Positions 24,084-36,975 of a stretch of DNA of 48,739 nucleotides are shown in pieces. The DNA comes from Basidiobolus meristosporus CBS 931.73. Taxonomy: Eukaryota > Fungi > Basidiobolomycota. The position numbers were made by a program, and so were the translations under genes. Position 1 is the first letter of the stretch. Every line of letters starts with the position of its first letter. Under the pieces are notes generated by a model that had not been told where the DNA came from, ran no database searches, and worked only from the letters and a program-made list of their open reading frames with translations. The stretch spans positions 1-48,739 of the forward strand of contig MCFE01000663.1 in the NCBI GenBank assembly GCA_002104905.1, in the 5' to 3' direction.

Positions 24084-27000
24084 TCAAGCGGTTATGATGT
24101 GATGGTTCGAGGCGGGTGTATCACTTGGGAGCGGGGTATTTCCGTTGTTGAATTCGTTGCTGGACAGGTCCAACCGATCCAGAATGGTGTGGTACAGGAA
24201 CTTGTAGGACCAGAGATTTCCTTTACGACGACGGATGTCGACAATGTATAGGTTGCCAAAGTCTTTGACCCGGCATATTTCAATGACGAAGCTGATCTCA
24301 TCTCCAGGATCCACCGTTTCATCACCATAAATCGGCTCTGGCTGGATCGGTGGGGTGCCGTAAGAGCTGCTGCTAGGCACCATAAACTCGCTCGGATAGC
24401 TGTAGTCCTCATGGTGTGTTCCAAGCTTCAGCAATCGACTGAAGGCACTAACTGTGCGTCTTCTGGCCGCGTGAGACCCTGAGCTATAGCCAGAGGTTGG
24501 GGAGAAGGCGTATGTGTTGTTGGTGTAGCTGGTTTGTCCCGTCGTGTTGGTATTGGCTGTAGTTTGGGTGTCGGTTGATATATGCGATATGGTGGACTTC
24601 ATAGTAGCGACTGAACCATTGCGTGTCTTTCGTTTACGTCTAGTACATTTGAGTTTCAAGTCGGTTTCCTTCTTGATTTCGATTCCCATGGCAAAGAGCA
24701 CTTGCTTGATGTCTTGGAAAACTTCGATGGGTGCTCGGGATGTCACTGCGTTTTGATCAATAGCTCCGCTATGAATACGCAGCTTGTATTCTTGCGAAGC
24801 TCGGATATTGCTTCGGCGGCCTGGTGTTGGGAGTGAGTCATAATAGTGAGTGCCATGGGGCTTGCCCAATGACTTCTTGCGGAACCAATCCATGACCTTT
24901 CTGGCTGCATTGGAACTCATGGATTTTTGCTTGACCGAGGAGTCAGCATTGTCAAAGTTGCCAATCAGCGTTGATGGGAACGCACTTTTAACTACTTTAC
25001 GCTTTTCAGCCCTGGCAGTGAGCTCATCTAACTTGGGAGTGCTGATATCCAGAGCAGCGAGTGTTTGGGATGTGATCGTTGTCTTCTCCTCGTCATCGCA
25101 AGCCTCAGGATGCGACAACTCGTTAGCATTGGGATCAATAAATTGCCCCCGACTTTCCTCCCGAGTTAGTATAACCGAAGGTAAGTCGGTTTGCATTTGG
25201 GGAGTAGGCTGCGAAAAATGAATTGTGGTTGGACGAATACGGCCATGGCTTTTGGGTTTCCGCATGGAGCTGCTCGGTGTACCAGTGAGGGGGGTACCGC
25301 TAAGAGGGGTAGCAGCCTTAGAGGGTGCTTGTGAAGGCTTCCCTGATGCCGGTTCGGTAGGTACCGAATCATTCATTTCATCTTCATCGGCCTCAATGAT
25401 ATCATTGAGGTGGTTCTCTTGAGGCTCTGGGCTAGGTAGATTTGGAACGGGCGATTGATCATACTCAACCTGGATGGTGTGACGCTTGGGTGGTCGTGCA
25501 GTCTCTGCGAATGTGGGGGAGTCGGGCTCTGCATTGGCTTGCTCTGCCCCTTCACTACCACCCTTGTTCTTGCTCTTGCTCTTACTCTTGCCCTCCTCGA
25601 AGATGTGTGCGTACGGTGCGAGCCAGTTGTGCTCCATGATCGTCTTCATGTCACACCGCTGTGTTGGGTCCGGTACGAGCATTCGTCGGAGCAGGTCCCG
25701 GGCGTCCGGGCTCACATAGTCGGGGAACACCAATGGCGTGGAGAGGATGTACTTGTACAGCAGGTTGATGTTGTCTCCATCCGGATTCTCTGGGTCGTCG
25801 TCGAATGGGAGATACCCGCACAGCATCGCGTACAGAATCACACCGCACGACCAGATGTCCACTGCGGTTCCAACATACATCCCCTCGCTGACCACCAGCT
25901 CGGGGGCTGCATAGCATGGCGATCCACACGAGGTGGCCATCAGGTCGTTCGTCGGGCTCGAGAACTGGTTCGCAAACCCAAAATCGGTGATGATGATGTT
26001 CCGGTTTCGGTCGAGCAAGAGGTTTTCCTAGATCATCAGAGTCCACGTGTTAGCCTGCTATTCTTTCCATTTTGCTCGCCTCCTTCCCCCCCCCCGCCAA
26101 TCTCTCATCTTTCTACTTCTGCCAAACGCCCCTTCCTTTCTCTCCTCTTCCCCCCCCCTCTCGTCTCATCAACTTACCAGCTTCAGGTCCCGGTGAACAA
26201 CGTTCTTCTCATGCATATAGCTCACCCCTAGAAATGTCACAGACTTGGTTTAGTTCCACTGCATCCATTGGCCTTGGCTCTTCACCTCCATCGCCATCTC
26301 CACCACTCTTCTCCCCTCTCGCTCCCCCTCTTGCTCTCTACTTACCGCTAATCAGCTGTGCGAACAATCTGCATGCCTCTCGCTCCTTCAGATATCTGTG
26401 TGCAAGAATGTGATCGAACAGCTCGCCACCTAGCCAATCACATGGCAATGTCAACAAAATCGTCAATCACCACAATAATGATGCGTGTCAGTTCCACCGC
26501 AGCCCCATCCATTCCAGACACTCTTCGCTCACCGAAAGGTGTCCAGGTCCATGTGCATACACAGCACACAGACGCTCTTCTTTTCTCAAACCCATACACC
26601 TTGCTCACCGTTCTATGAACACATGAGCTGCGGAGAGTGCTCAGGCAAGGGTGGGGCTGGGCAAACTTCGGAATAAACGGCAACATACCTGAAGCGTATT
26701 CGATGATGATTCCGATGTACTTGTCGGTTTCAATCACCTCGAATAGTCTGACGATGTTTGGGTGGTCGAGCGACTAATTAAATTGGAAATACCAACGAAT
26801 TAGGAATATTTCATAATTTCTGATACTGAATTCGGGAATAGCATCATCAAATGAAGCGAATGGATAAAATGGGCAGTATTGGGGAAATCATAGGGGAAAT
26901 TTGAGTGGGTTACACTTACTCTAAGAACGGTTATCTCCCGTTTGATTTTGGCCATTCTACTCTCTGAGTCAACGTTGGCTTTCTTGATAAGCTTGATGGC

Positions 27001-27304
27001 CACCTATAGAAATTCAGGGAAAAATTAGCCAGGTCATTGTTGAAAATAGTGGAAGCCTACATACCTCTTGTCCGGATTGAGCATGAATCCCTAGCTTAAC
27101 TTTGGCGAATTCACCTTCACCCAGGGTTTGTAAAACCACGTATGGACCAAACATAGGACCAGGTCTGCGGTGATGCTTAAATTGGGACTGGCCTGGGAAG
27201 TTCATGGGTGCCATCATGGAAGCAGGGACCGACATATGTCTAGAGCGGACATCCCGACTCGAAGATACAGGCGCTTCGTTGTAATACATAGTGGGCGGTG
27301 ACAT
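24084..27304 (-). CDS. KIN4: CAMKL Ser/Thr kinase, Kin4/Ppk1/KfsA-like, copy B, multi-exon
   Basis: Same kinase motifs ([20 protein letters not shown] etc.) with a longer, diverged C-terminal region. Confidence 0.9.
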
Positions 27305-28547
27305 TAAGGCAGTGATGTGATGAAAAGTTCAGCACGTATAGGGCGGATATTAGTATTTCGGTTCAGGGAATCTGTTCACTGGAGTGAAGCCTTGTTGGAG
27401 ATAAATATAGCACTGTTGTCAACAAGAATACGATGGGTAAGTCGGCAAGAAAGGAGAGTGAATCTAATGGAGTGGTAAAGAATAGTAGCTTTGGGTCTCT
27501 ATGTGTGCACGAAACAAAACTGGGATAAAAGAAGATATATAACTGGATATGCGAGGCTTTAATAGGATTGTTGCTTGCCCCAAGAAACTGCAATAATGTA
27601 AGAGAATTAAAGCAGCAAAGCAGTGAGAATCTAAGATTATTATGTGTATTAGCTAGGGGAACGACAAAGGGAGGAGAAGAACAGAGAAACAGGAGCAAGA
27701 CCCACAAAATATAGGTTACCTCAACAGCTGCACAATAAGCCAAAAGCTGAAATCCAAATATAGGGACTAGGAGAGGCAATTGGCGAATAAGAGATCATTT
27801 GATTGAATTCCAATAAATTATATAACTGGTTATGCACTAAATTAGGGGGCCTATGCTTTGAGATGTGTTCGGAGTTCAGAAGGCTATAATCATATTGTGA
27901 CATTTCGCCTAGTAGCCATCCGCCGAGGCTTTCCTCTGCATCCTTCTACATCATTTGTTGCCTCAGACACATGGTTCTCCACTAAACAGCATATTCTCTA
28001 CATTCTACTAACAATCAGCAAATGCAGCCTGCACAAGTGGCAAACAAAGGAAATATGGCGAACTGAAGATAATGTTCAACAAATGATGAGCACTAATGAT
28101 CCTTTCCATTGTCATCTTATCAAAGGACTGGGTTTTCCTATCTTTGGCAATTGACATGATTTCATTTCTAATAACAAGAGTGTTACGGATTACCTGCTAA
28201 CGACTTGAATTTAGTCTAGGTAAGCTGATTAAGTGATGGTTCATTGATTGGTTGTATAATATTAAATCAATTATATCGTTGCAGGATATTTGCTCCTGAA
28301 TCAATATTCATTAAAGCAATCCCGCTCACATTGAAACCACACCCATGTAACCTACCACATTGAAACCACACTCAGCTCTGATCATTGTAGTATGTAACCT
28401 ATCTGGCCCCAACCCCAGCCTTCTGAACTGCTCCGTTTGAAAGCTAAAATTTCAATTTAATGTAAATATTGGTAGTTGCATAAAAGTTTGCATAAACACG
28501 CCAAATTCCCACGGTACCATCTCATTTAGAGTCATGGTTAGTAAGGC

Positions 28548-29444
28548 ATGGATTATATATACCAAACTATGGATCGAATAAACTACACCGCCATGACACT
28601 TGCACAGATTAGTTTACGTAGATATAGCAACCCCGCTGAACTATTGGCCGATGGGAATTCGTTTTTGACTGAGGCGCCCTATTCTAACAGCTACATCCTC
28701 GGTTCACTCACAGGCCGGCAAACCGAGCTGAAATACTCGGCGATCATATTCGACTCCAACGATGCTCCTATATTGATGGCTGCTAATCTAGAAGCTACGA
28801 TAGTCTCCCTCTCGCAATCATCCCGTTGTACTAAGGAGGTGTTGGAGTTGCTTGTTGCTGATATGAAGGAACAAAAGCTCGAAGTCACAGAGGTCCGCGG
28901 GCCAGTGGATATTACCACCAGCTTCAGTCAGACTTTCAGTGACAAATACGGAAAAGAAGTGAGTCCCAAGGAGCGCTTTCGAATCTACAAATGCACGGAG
29001 GTGATTCCTACTGATATACCAGTGAATGGAGTCCGAAGATTAGCACAAGCTGATGATCTAATATTGGTCACCCAGTGGCTGAAGGAATTTTTCATAGATT
29101 GTGAGCTAGGATGCGGTATTCAGTCAGACAGCTTAGCCAAATCATACATCGACAGTAAATCGTTCCAGCTTTGGGTGAACCTAGTCGGTGAAGTCGTTTC
29201 GATGGCAGCAACAAACAGAGCTAACGAATTTTCCATCAATGTGTGCTTTGTCTACACGCCAAAGGAATATCGAGGAAACGGCTATGCTTATCAGTTGGTG
29301 AAGGGAATGGCCCAAGAATTGCTGCAAACCTATCCAGCGGTTGTCCTTAATGCCTTCACCAAGAATTTGACTAGCCAAGGGGTTTACAAGAGGATAGGGT
29401 TTGCCATGGAATCTGAATATACAACATATATATTTTCGCGGTAG
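28548..29444 (+). CDS. Intronless GNAT acetyltransferase of bacterial type (COG3393-like), 298 aa
   Basis: C-terminal FVYTPKEYRGNGYA (acetyl-CoA motif A) and NLTSQGVYKRIGF. N-terminal domain LRRYSNPAELL...NSYILG and RLAQADD..LVTQWL resemble bacterial two-domain GNATs. Confidence 0.85.
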   Translation: MDYIYQTMDRINYTAMTLAQISLRRYSNPAELLADGNSFLTEAPYSNSYILGSLTGRQTELKYSAIIFDSNDAPILMAANLEATIVSLSQSSRCTKEVLELLVADMKEQKLEVTEVRGPVDITTSFSQTFSDKYGKEVSPKERFRIYKCTEVIPTDIPVNGVRRLAQADDLILVTQWLKEFFIDCELGCGIQSDSLAKSYIDSKSFQLWVNLVGEVVSMAATNRANEFSINVCFVYTPKEYRGNGYAYQLVKGMAQELLQTYPAVVLNAFTKNLTSQGVYKRIGFAMESEYTTYIFSR

Positions 29445-30585
29445 ACTTTCGGTGGAAATGAAATAAACAGCTAAGCGGACGAGTTTGACACTAAAGATTT
29501 ACCGTCACTGCGTGCTTTTGGACTTATCTTTCAATTTAGGCAAGATTGCCGCGTAACATATGGATTGAGAAAATAGTCAAGTGCGTTGGGGTCTACTACT
29601 TTAATAGAAAAAGTGCTCTAAACCCAGCAAGAGAGCGACAATAGGAAATACATGGCTCGATATCCGCCAAGCACTACCACAATCGAAAGAGTACTGCCAT
29701 ATTGAAGCATATCTGCCGAATAAGTATCGGAGATGTTTGCATGGACGGCTTCAGGAACCCTCGCAATATCTCCGGATTTATCGAGTGGCCCCTGTGGTGT
29801 CCGGAACTTTGCTAATATCCAAATGGAGCATTCATTGAGCTGATGTGTGGTAGAAATGTTGAACTTGCATGTGCTCGAGGCAACTGCAGCTTCTACCTGC
29901 ACACATTCTGTTAGACCATATAAAGTGCTCACCACAAATACGGTCATCAGTTGGCTTATTCGAGTGGAGGATCCTCTAAAACAATGAGCTGCCATGCAGG
30001 CACTCTCATTCACATAGTCCCACCCCTCAAGAGGCCTGACTCAAAATTCCGCCACTCAGTCCTACTCTGGGCACCGATACCTGGCAGGTACTTGCAAAAA
30101 ATATCACCCAAAAACGAGATGTTTTGAGATCGATGATTCCGTTAGGGAGAGACAGATGCCACAGGATGACATCATTGAGCAGCCCATTTATTGTCAGGGC
30201 CGCTGTTGTTATCAGGCGTAACAAGATCTCTTACGATTGATGCCTGGCCCATGTAGCAAAGCTTCCTTTAGGGTGGCAGCTACTGTTCTGGAGAGCCTGA
30301 CCGCGAATAAGTAATACCGTTAAGTAGTTTACCAATTGCAAAAGGCACCAGAATATGTACGATTTGATACAAATGGATCCCAGCCGTCGTTGGAATATTC
30401 CATATCAAAATGATTTTCAAAACGATTTCCCAGGCCGTAGCCCAAAATGCGAACAATGCTCAGAAAAGTATATATATCCCGATTTTCGTTGCTCTTTTGG
30501 ATTCGATTTTCTCTTTGCCATAAACGTATATAACAGATTTGCTCTCCAACATTACCACCTCTTCCCCTTAACGCAACCACGCGCA

Positions 30586-31336
30586 ATGGATTTCTACAAG
30601 ATACTTAATCCTACCAATGCATTCTCCTCTTCATTTGAAGCGCCCACAACTGCCCCGGAGACCTCTGACAAAAAGGTGTTCGTGTGCTATCTGAAGAATT
30701 GCGGAAAAACGTTCACAAGAAAGTCGGATCTTTCCCGACACCAGAGGATACATACTGGGGAAAGACCGTACAAATGCAGTTGGGAGGGATGCGGTAAAGG
30801 TTTCATTCAGCGATCCGCCTTGACCGTCCACTATAGAACACATACTGGCGAGAGGCCACACGTATGCGATTATCCAAGCTGCACTCGATCCTTTAGCGAT
30901 GTAAGTTTTTGAAATATCCATCTCTATGGATTGTGGGTATTAACTCGTTGACTACAGTCCTCCTCACTCGCGAGACACAAGAGAAGCCACACTGGGAGAA
31001 AGCCTCACATATGTGCCTACCCTGGATGCGAAAAAAAATTCACGCGTAAAACCACGTTGCGTCGTCATCAGCTCGCCAACAATCACTCTAGATCTCAGTT
31101 GAACCCTATGTATGTAGTACTTAAGCCTTCTATGGGATAGTAGTATATTAACAGTATCCCTTTCGCTTAGAACATTTTTCTCAAAAGCTGACTCTTACTC
31201 TACCGGGTCTCAATCTAGCTCTGTCTCCATCCCATCGCCTCCAAACACTCCACAAGATATATCATGCGCTTTTAGTGCACCACACCAGTATGTAAATTCA
31301 TTCCCGCTGCAACTTTCCTGGTCATCTAGATCGTAG
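30586..31336 (+). CDS. C2H2 zinc-finger transcription factor, 4 fingers; exons 30586-30900, 30958-31109, 31171-31336
   Basis: [33 protein letters not shown] with repeated TGERP/TGRKP linkers. GT-AG introns restore fingers 3-4. The last exon is less certain. Confidence 0.85.
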
Positions 31337-33472
31337 ATATACTGGCCTGCCGTTACCGAGAGCCGCGCTACGTATTCCTGCCTTTTCCTCTCACATCATA
31401 GTGCGAGGATGGGCGCAGTTTTGAAATCATCATGTTTGGCACTTTAATGACTTTTGCCGTCAATGTACTCTGGGACTTCCAGTTAGACGTGGCTGAGAAA
31501 CGATTTTCCACTGTGGTTACCGTTGACCATGTGTTGATATTGAAACGATGCTGCTTCAGGTCATCGATAATTCTTTCCAGCTTTTTACTGTAAATATTTA
31601 CACAAATCAATGTTAAATAAACTCTACAGCATCCAGAAGTGGATGTACAGCTTCCAAAGACCGATAGATAGCACAAGAACATCAACTGCTCTAAGAACGA
31701 GAACATATAGCCTTCTTGGGTAAATATAGTCCCTGAGTGGTCCTAAAGCTCTAATCTTACGTCATCCCCACCCTATATACCCGATCAGCTTGACCACGGA
31801 GTTGTAAGTAATTAAAGCGGCAGGGTTGATTGAAAATGTCAGTATCGTTAACTAAATATAGACTATCTCCGACTCTTCGGAATTTTGAATGATTTCCTTC
31901 TTCATGTTGATGATGTCATGAGTGGATTTGCCCAATCTTCCCACCAATCAACGCCCTCCAGATCAAGGTTTTTCACTCATCACACCATAAACACAGTTAC
32001 CCTAATCGATCGAACTATTCCTAGAAATTGTGGCAATAGGGACCGAGTATTTGGATATCTAAACTGGAGGATTTGTTATATATGTGTACCAAATATATAC
32101 GGGAGGGGATTGTCGAGATACCATATTCCGAATGGGATTAGAGTTTGAAACAAAATTGTTTCGAGAGAGTTCGAGACTGTAATTCATGTCTCAAAGAGCC
32201 GCTTATAATAGGAAATACCTTTATGCAAACCCGGTACTAATTTATCGGCTATATAGAAAGGGAATGGTGTGTGGACGACGATAGGGCTCGACGTAGATAA
32301 TCTACTGATAGCAAGTTCCATACTTGAGACCAAGCTTTGATAATAATCAGGGGTAGTTAAATTAGGATGTTTATCAATGATTTTCAGACGATCGGGTGCT
32401 GAATATAAGCTGGCGTGTAGAGTACGGGAAGGAAGGGCTAACGCACTGAAAGGGCTTGCTGTTTCATTCTGAGGGTGTATTTGTGATTAGTACTTTTCGA
32501 TCTGGTTGGACGAATATAGAGGCTTTACCAAACCAGGATGGTAGCCCTATAAGGCTAGCAATTGATCTTACCAACTAGTGTCTAGAGTGGTAGATACGAA
32601 TAGTCCATATCACACACGACAGAATTTTAGTCTGCTGGCCTAGGAGTATAGGCTACAAACATACCCTTGAACCAAGAGGAGTCAGTATCATCCAAATGGA
32701 GATTCGTATTGCCTGATCATCATTTGCTTACTGCCGGTAAGTTTCAACCAATCGTATCATCCCTACATAGAGTGGTATTCTCGTATACCGTAAGTTTTGT
32801 CTAGAACATCAATTGCATATGAATGCCTTGGCTTAATGAGCTACATCGAGAGAGAAGCGATTGTGCGGGTAAATATTTAGTCAATGTTGCATGTACAGTT
32901 TAGCACATTTATTAGGGGGATTACCCTGAGGATAGAGCAATGCATAGGCATCTCAGTGTCAATGATGAATAGCACATATCAGAATATGCGCGTCTTTTTG
33001 TGCAGATGCCATTTATTGCAGTCTATGTTTGTCTTCCCACTACCTCCTTCATCATGGTATCAGTCTATATTATAACATGATTAACAAGTACGAAATATAA
33101 TTGACAGTTTTGGCCTAATGGAGTAAAGATAGCCGGGTATTATATTCCAAGAGAGCTAGCACCTCATCTTGAATGTGGCTGGTTAGCAATTGAAGTTGGT
33201 AGAGGATTCACAATAGACGGGGGTAGAAAATATCCCTTGAAGCTGCATTCACTAACTATGCTCTAATTCAAGAGCCAGGCAAATATTTTAATGTCTTGTG
33301 GCTGTGTAGCAATTACTCTGGATAACAAGTAGGACATTATTTATTAGAAGGAACGACTTTCAAAACAGCGGGCTCTACTTATTGCCCCAAATAGGTTGGC
33401 TGAATGCTCGTGTATCATACCAACTTATGTAAAGACCTCGGGATAACATAAGCAAGGAATACTTTACTGACC

Positions 33473-34349
33473 ATGAAAATCCGGATTTTCGCTGCTGCAT
33501 CTTTCGTCGTTACCGCCGTTGTGAATTCCCTCTTCCTTCTCCATCAGGGCGATTTAAAGTAGGTACCGTGGAGCTAGAGTTGATGGGTCACAACAGAACC
33601 AATCTGTAGCTCTTAGCTAGTGGGAGTTTGCCCATAGTTTTATTTTCTCCAGGTGCTTCTATGCTGCCTCATTATCCGACATTGCAAACCGTGGTTATCT
33701 AATAGTAGCTGTCGATCATCCATTTTACGCAGAAATTGCACAGTTTCTCAGTAGGAAGGTTTTGCAGCCTGGTGTCTCCAGCACATTTTGAGAAGGCAAT
33801 GATTGTCCGCACCACGACATCAACCTTATACTTGACCAGTTGAAGAGCCCCGAAGTTAGCGAGCATATACTTGACTTAGATAAGAGGTTGAGTACTCATG
33901 TTTGGTCATTCCCTTGGAGGCGCAGCTTCAGTGGACGTTATGATGAATGATAAGCTTGTTATTGCAGGAGCCAATCTTGATGGACATTTCTGTGGGCCAG
34001 TAATCGAGTAGGGGTTAGATCCCCCCTTTATAATGTCAGAAAACTCACAGGTTGAGGTTCCTGAAGATACTTGGGTTAGTTATGGCCAAAGCTTCATTTA
34101 TATCGTCATGGGCTTCAGCTTGCCAATTCTGGGCATCTGATCTTTTCGGACCTGCCAGTCCCGGCTGCAGTGTTCAACATTACTGATTCCACTCTAGTGG
34201 CCAATATCGGAACCATTAATGGGGCTTGAGCTGTAGAGGTCCAACGTACATACATCACTGTGGATCCGGATTTCATCTTCTATCATAAGCGAGTCCCCAT
34301 TTTAGAGCGTCCAGAAAGTAGATATCCCGAGATTACTTTTAACCGTTGA
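33473..34349 (+). pseudogene. Decayed secreted alpha/beta hydrolase of the PAF-acetylhydrolase-like family
   Basis: Fragments across frames: LPSPSGRFKVGT, PIVLFSPG, RGYLIVAVDHP, FGHSLGGAA (nucleophile elbow, 33904), GANLDG, GHLIFSDLP, GTINGA*AVEVQRTYIT and RYPEITF. Several stops, frameshifts and a deletion. Confidence 0.85.
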
Positions 34350-34639
34350 ATAAATCCCATTGAATTCGTATCAGAAGCTAGCTTATGCCGGTAGCATCAA
34401 GGACCATTGGCGGATTCACCTCGAACAGCTTGTTATATAATATTGCCAGGATGAACAGCCTCTGATACGAGTATATGTAAATGTGTTAACGGTTGTGCAT
34501 GAAAATAACAATCAATAATGTAAAAATAGGAAATTTCCGCTGAGTAGAACACCTGTCTTCTTTGACCAATCAACTAAGATCAAATGATTAGTTTAGAAAT
34601 GACACTTGGTCCATGCATCATTTATACCATATTCAATTC

Positions 34640-35382
34640 CGATTCACCTGTGAAGATCGGTTGTTGTATAGACAGATAAGGCTTCAGGAAGCCAATTGAA
34701 TTCTATAACTTCACTAATGATATATGGCACTGATTCAGTAGAGTACAGCCGTGTCTCAGCTCCTTTTGTATGTTCAATGGTTTCGTTGAATGACGTTTTC
34801 ACATCATATATTTAGGAATCCTTTCTTCGCTTATGGTAATCATTCTCTCAACTAGGCAACTCGACTAGACCAAAAAATCTTTCAATAAAGTATATCAGTC
34901 CAAAAATGGTTTGAATCTCGTCAAATTGCTTCTTTTAAGATTGAGGGACTTTAGCCATGGAAATCCTTTGCAACCACAGTTGGTCGGGTTCCACAGCCAG
35001 GGAGCAAATAACCCTGAGTATATAGAACCATGGTACATGATCGTGCTATTTGGGCTAGTACCATCCAATATGTTACAGTATATCTAATCCTTTTTTGGAG
35101 GCATATCACTGGTACTTTGTTTTCCCATGAGTCGGTTTGTGATTAATATGGCTAACGGCAGAAAACTCCTCTGTCAACCGGCGATGTGTGCAGGAAGTAT
35201 CCGAAATTATCGCAAAAGGCCGAGATGGCTGGAATATTCTTAACATCTTCCCAACGGTATACTAAGGGCTCCATGACATAAAAGGATGGATAATCGAATA
35301 GCCAATCCACTTTTGGCATGCTGTTACTCATTGGATGTCGAGATAAAGTTTGTCGAGTAATACAATCAACTTTATTTCTCAT
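34640..35382 (-). pseudogene. Possible decayed coding sequence of unknown family
   Basis: ORF 35152-35382 followed, after a frameshift, by a long frame with only scattered stops (HDHVPWFYILRVICSLAVEPDQLWLQRI...SFNETIEHTKGAETRLY). No family recognised. Confidence 0.3.
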
Positions 35383-35745
35383 CAGTGGTATTTAACCGAA
35401 CGACGAGTCTTAGCGCCCCAAATGGATAAATATGGATTAGCAAGTGGTGGTAAACCAACAAGTGATAAAAAAAAAACGGCAAGTAATTGCGAACCCTAAT
35501 GTGATAAACAAGATAGCGTGAGCCACACAGTGGTGAACATGATTGACCAAGAACTCACAACCCTGACTAAACTATTAAACGGCAAACATATAGTGATTTG
35601 GCAGCTGCCCAAGAGTATCAGAAGCGCTCCACTCCTATTCCGCATAATCATTGATCCCGGATAAGTCTTGATCCGAAGAGTCAAGGCAATTGCTTACTAA
35701 ACGACCAATAACAAATGGCATCAAGCTGTAGTTCGAGGCTTCCAA

Positions 35746-36975
35746 ATGGTGTGGGATATAAATATACAGCGTTGGCCTAATCAACCATATAGCACTCCTG
35801 TATCTAATACAAATTGCAAAATGAAAGGTCCTTTCTCGGAGCTCTCGCATCCACGCGAGATAATTAGGAACTTCATCCCAGGATGGTTTACGGTGAACAT
35901 GGGAACAGGGATCACTGGCATTGTAATTGCCAATTTCCCATTCCCCTTTCATGGCATGGTGACCATCGGGTCGATATTCTTCCTGGCGAACGTATGCATG
36001 TTCTGTCTGTTTACAATTCTATTCGTAGCAAGAATCGTGATGTTCCCAGAAACCATTCCTCCGTTGCTTAGGCACAGTCAGAGCTTTATGCTGAGTACTA
36101 TTCCTATGGGGCTAACTACAATAACCAACCACATCATTCTAGTGGTGGTTCCAACTCATTCCTGGGGCTTAGAGCTGGCTTACGTTCTCTGGTGGATTGA
36201 ATTTGTCTTCACTGTTCTCTGTGTGTTTTGCATTCCATTCTGTATGATGAGATTACAGCAACTTAAAATAGAGACGGCAAATGCTGGTTGGCTCTTACCA
36301 ATACTTCCTGCCGTGGTCACCGGAGCTTCGGGATGCTACCTATCGCGCTTTTTGGAGAGTGAGGGTCACAGAGCCCCCATGATCCTAACTTTGGGTAGTC
36401 TCACTTTGGGCTGTGGGCTTTCTTTGGCTTTCCCACTGATTGGGATATACTTCTACAGGCTGATAGCTTATGACTTCCCTCCAGAAGATGTTATCATGAC
36501 TTCTTTCCTGCCTGTTGGTCCATTGGGCCAAGGGACGTACGGAATCATTGAGATGGGTTTGGCGTGCCAGAAGGTGATAGGAGATAAGTATGCTCCTGGA
36601 TTTGGGGACAGTGCCTTTACTACATGCTTAATCATGGCGTACTTCATGTGGGCCTATGGGCTCTGGTACATGGCCTATGGCATAACTTCAATTCTCGTGA
36701 GGTCGCGATCGAAAATCCCATTCAATATGGGATGGTGGGGTCTCACATTCCCCATTGGTGTATACACAGCAGGAACCCTCAACATTGCCGTAGTAACCAA
36801 ATCTAGATTCTTCTTGGGGATCACGTCCTTGCTAGTATGCAGTCTGGTACTAGTTTGGTTCTTCGTGGCATACCACACAATATGCAGAATCTACACCGGC
36901 CGGGTATTTAGGGCTCCTTGTCTTCAAAGTCCACCGAAACCTTCCGATACCGAGATGCAATTGTGTACACAATAA
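35746..36975 (+). CDS. SSU1: SLAC1/TDT-family anion transporter (Ssu1 sulfite efflux / Mae1-like), intronless; start may be ATG 35821
   Basis: RNFIPGWFTVNMGTGI, STIPMGLTTI, WLLPILPAVV, SFLPVGPLGQG and FNMGWWGLTFPIGVY, with about 10 hydrophobic segments. Confidence 0.88.
   Translation: MVWDINIQRWPNQPYSTPVSNTNCKMKGPFSELSHPREIIRNFIPGWFTVNMGTGITGIVIANFPFPFHGMVTIGSIFFLANVCMFCLFTILFVARIVMFPETIPPLLRHSQSFMLSTIPMGLTTITNHIILVVVPTHSWGLELAYVLWWIEFVFTVLCVFCIPFCMMRLQQLKIETANAGWLLPILPAVVTGASGCYLSRFLESEGHRAPMILTLGSLTLGCGLSLAFPLIGIYFYRLIAYDFPPEDVIMTSFLPVGPLGQGTYGIIEMGLACQKVIGDKYAPGFGDSAFTTCLIMAYFMWAYGLWYMAYGITSILVRSRSKIPFNMGWWGLTFPIGVYTAGTLNIAVVTKSRFFLGITSLLVCSLVLVWFFVAYHTICRIYTGRVFRAPCLQSPPKPSDTEMQLCTQ

Noticed and set aside
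28327-28400. Direct repeat CACATTGAAACCACAC x2 upstream of the GNAT as an operator
   Set aside because: Most simply a small local duplication, with no known factor to assign.
29618-30300. 131 aa and 65 aa minus-strand ORFs
   Set aside because: No motif, signal or splice support; left unannotated.
31340-33450. Short ORFs and isolated GTAAGT donors suggesting a hidden gene
   Set aside because: I could not assemble a consistent frame or recognise a family. A decayed gene remains possible but is unsupported.
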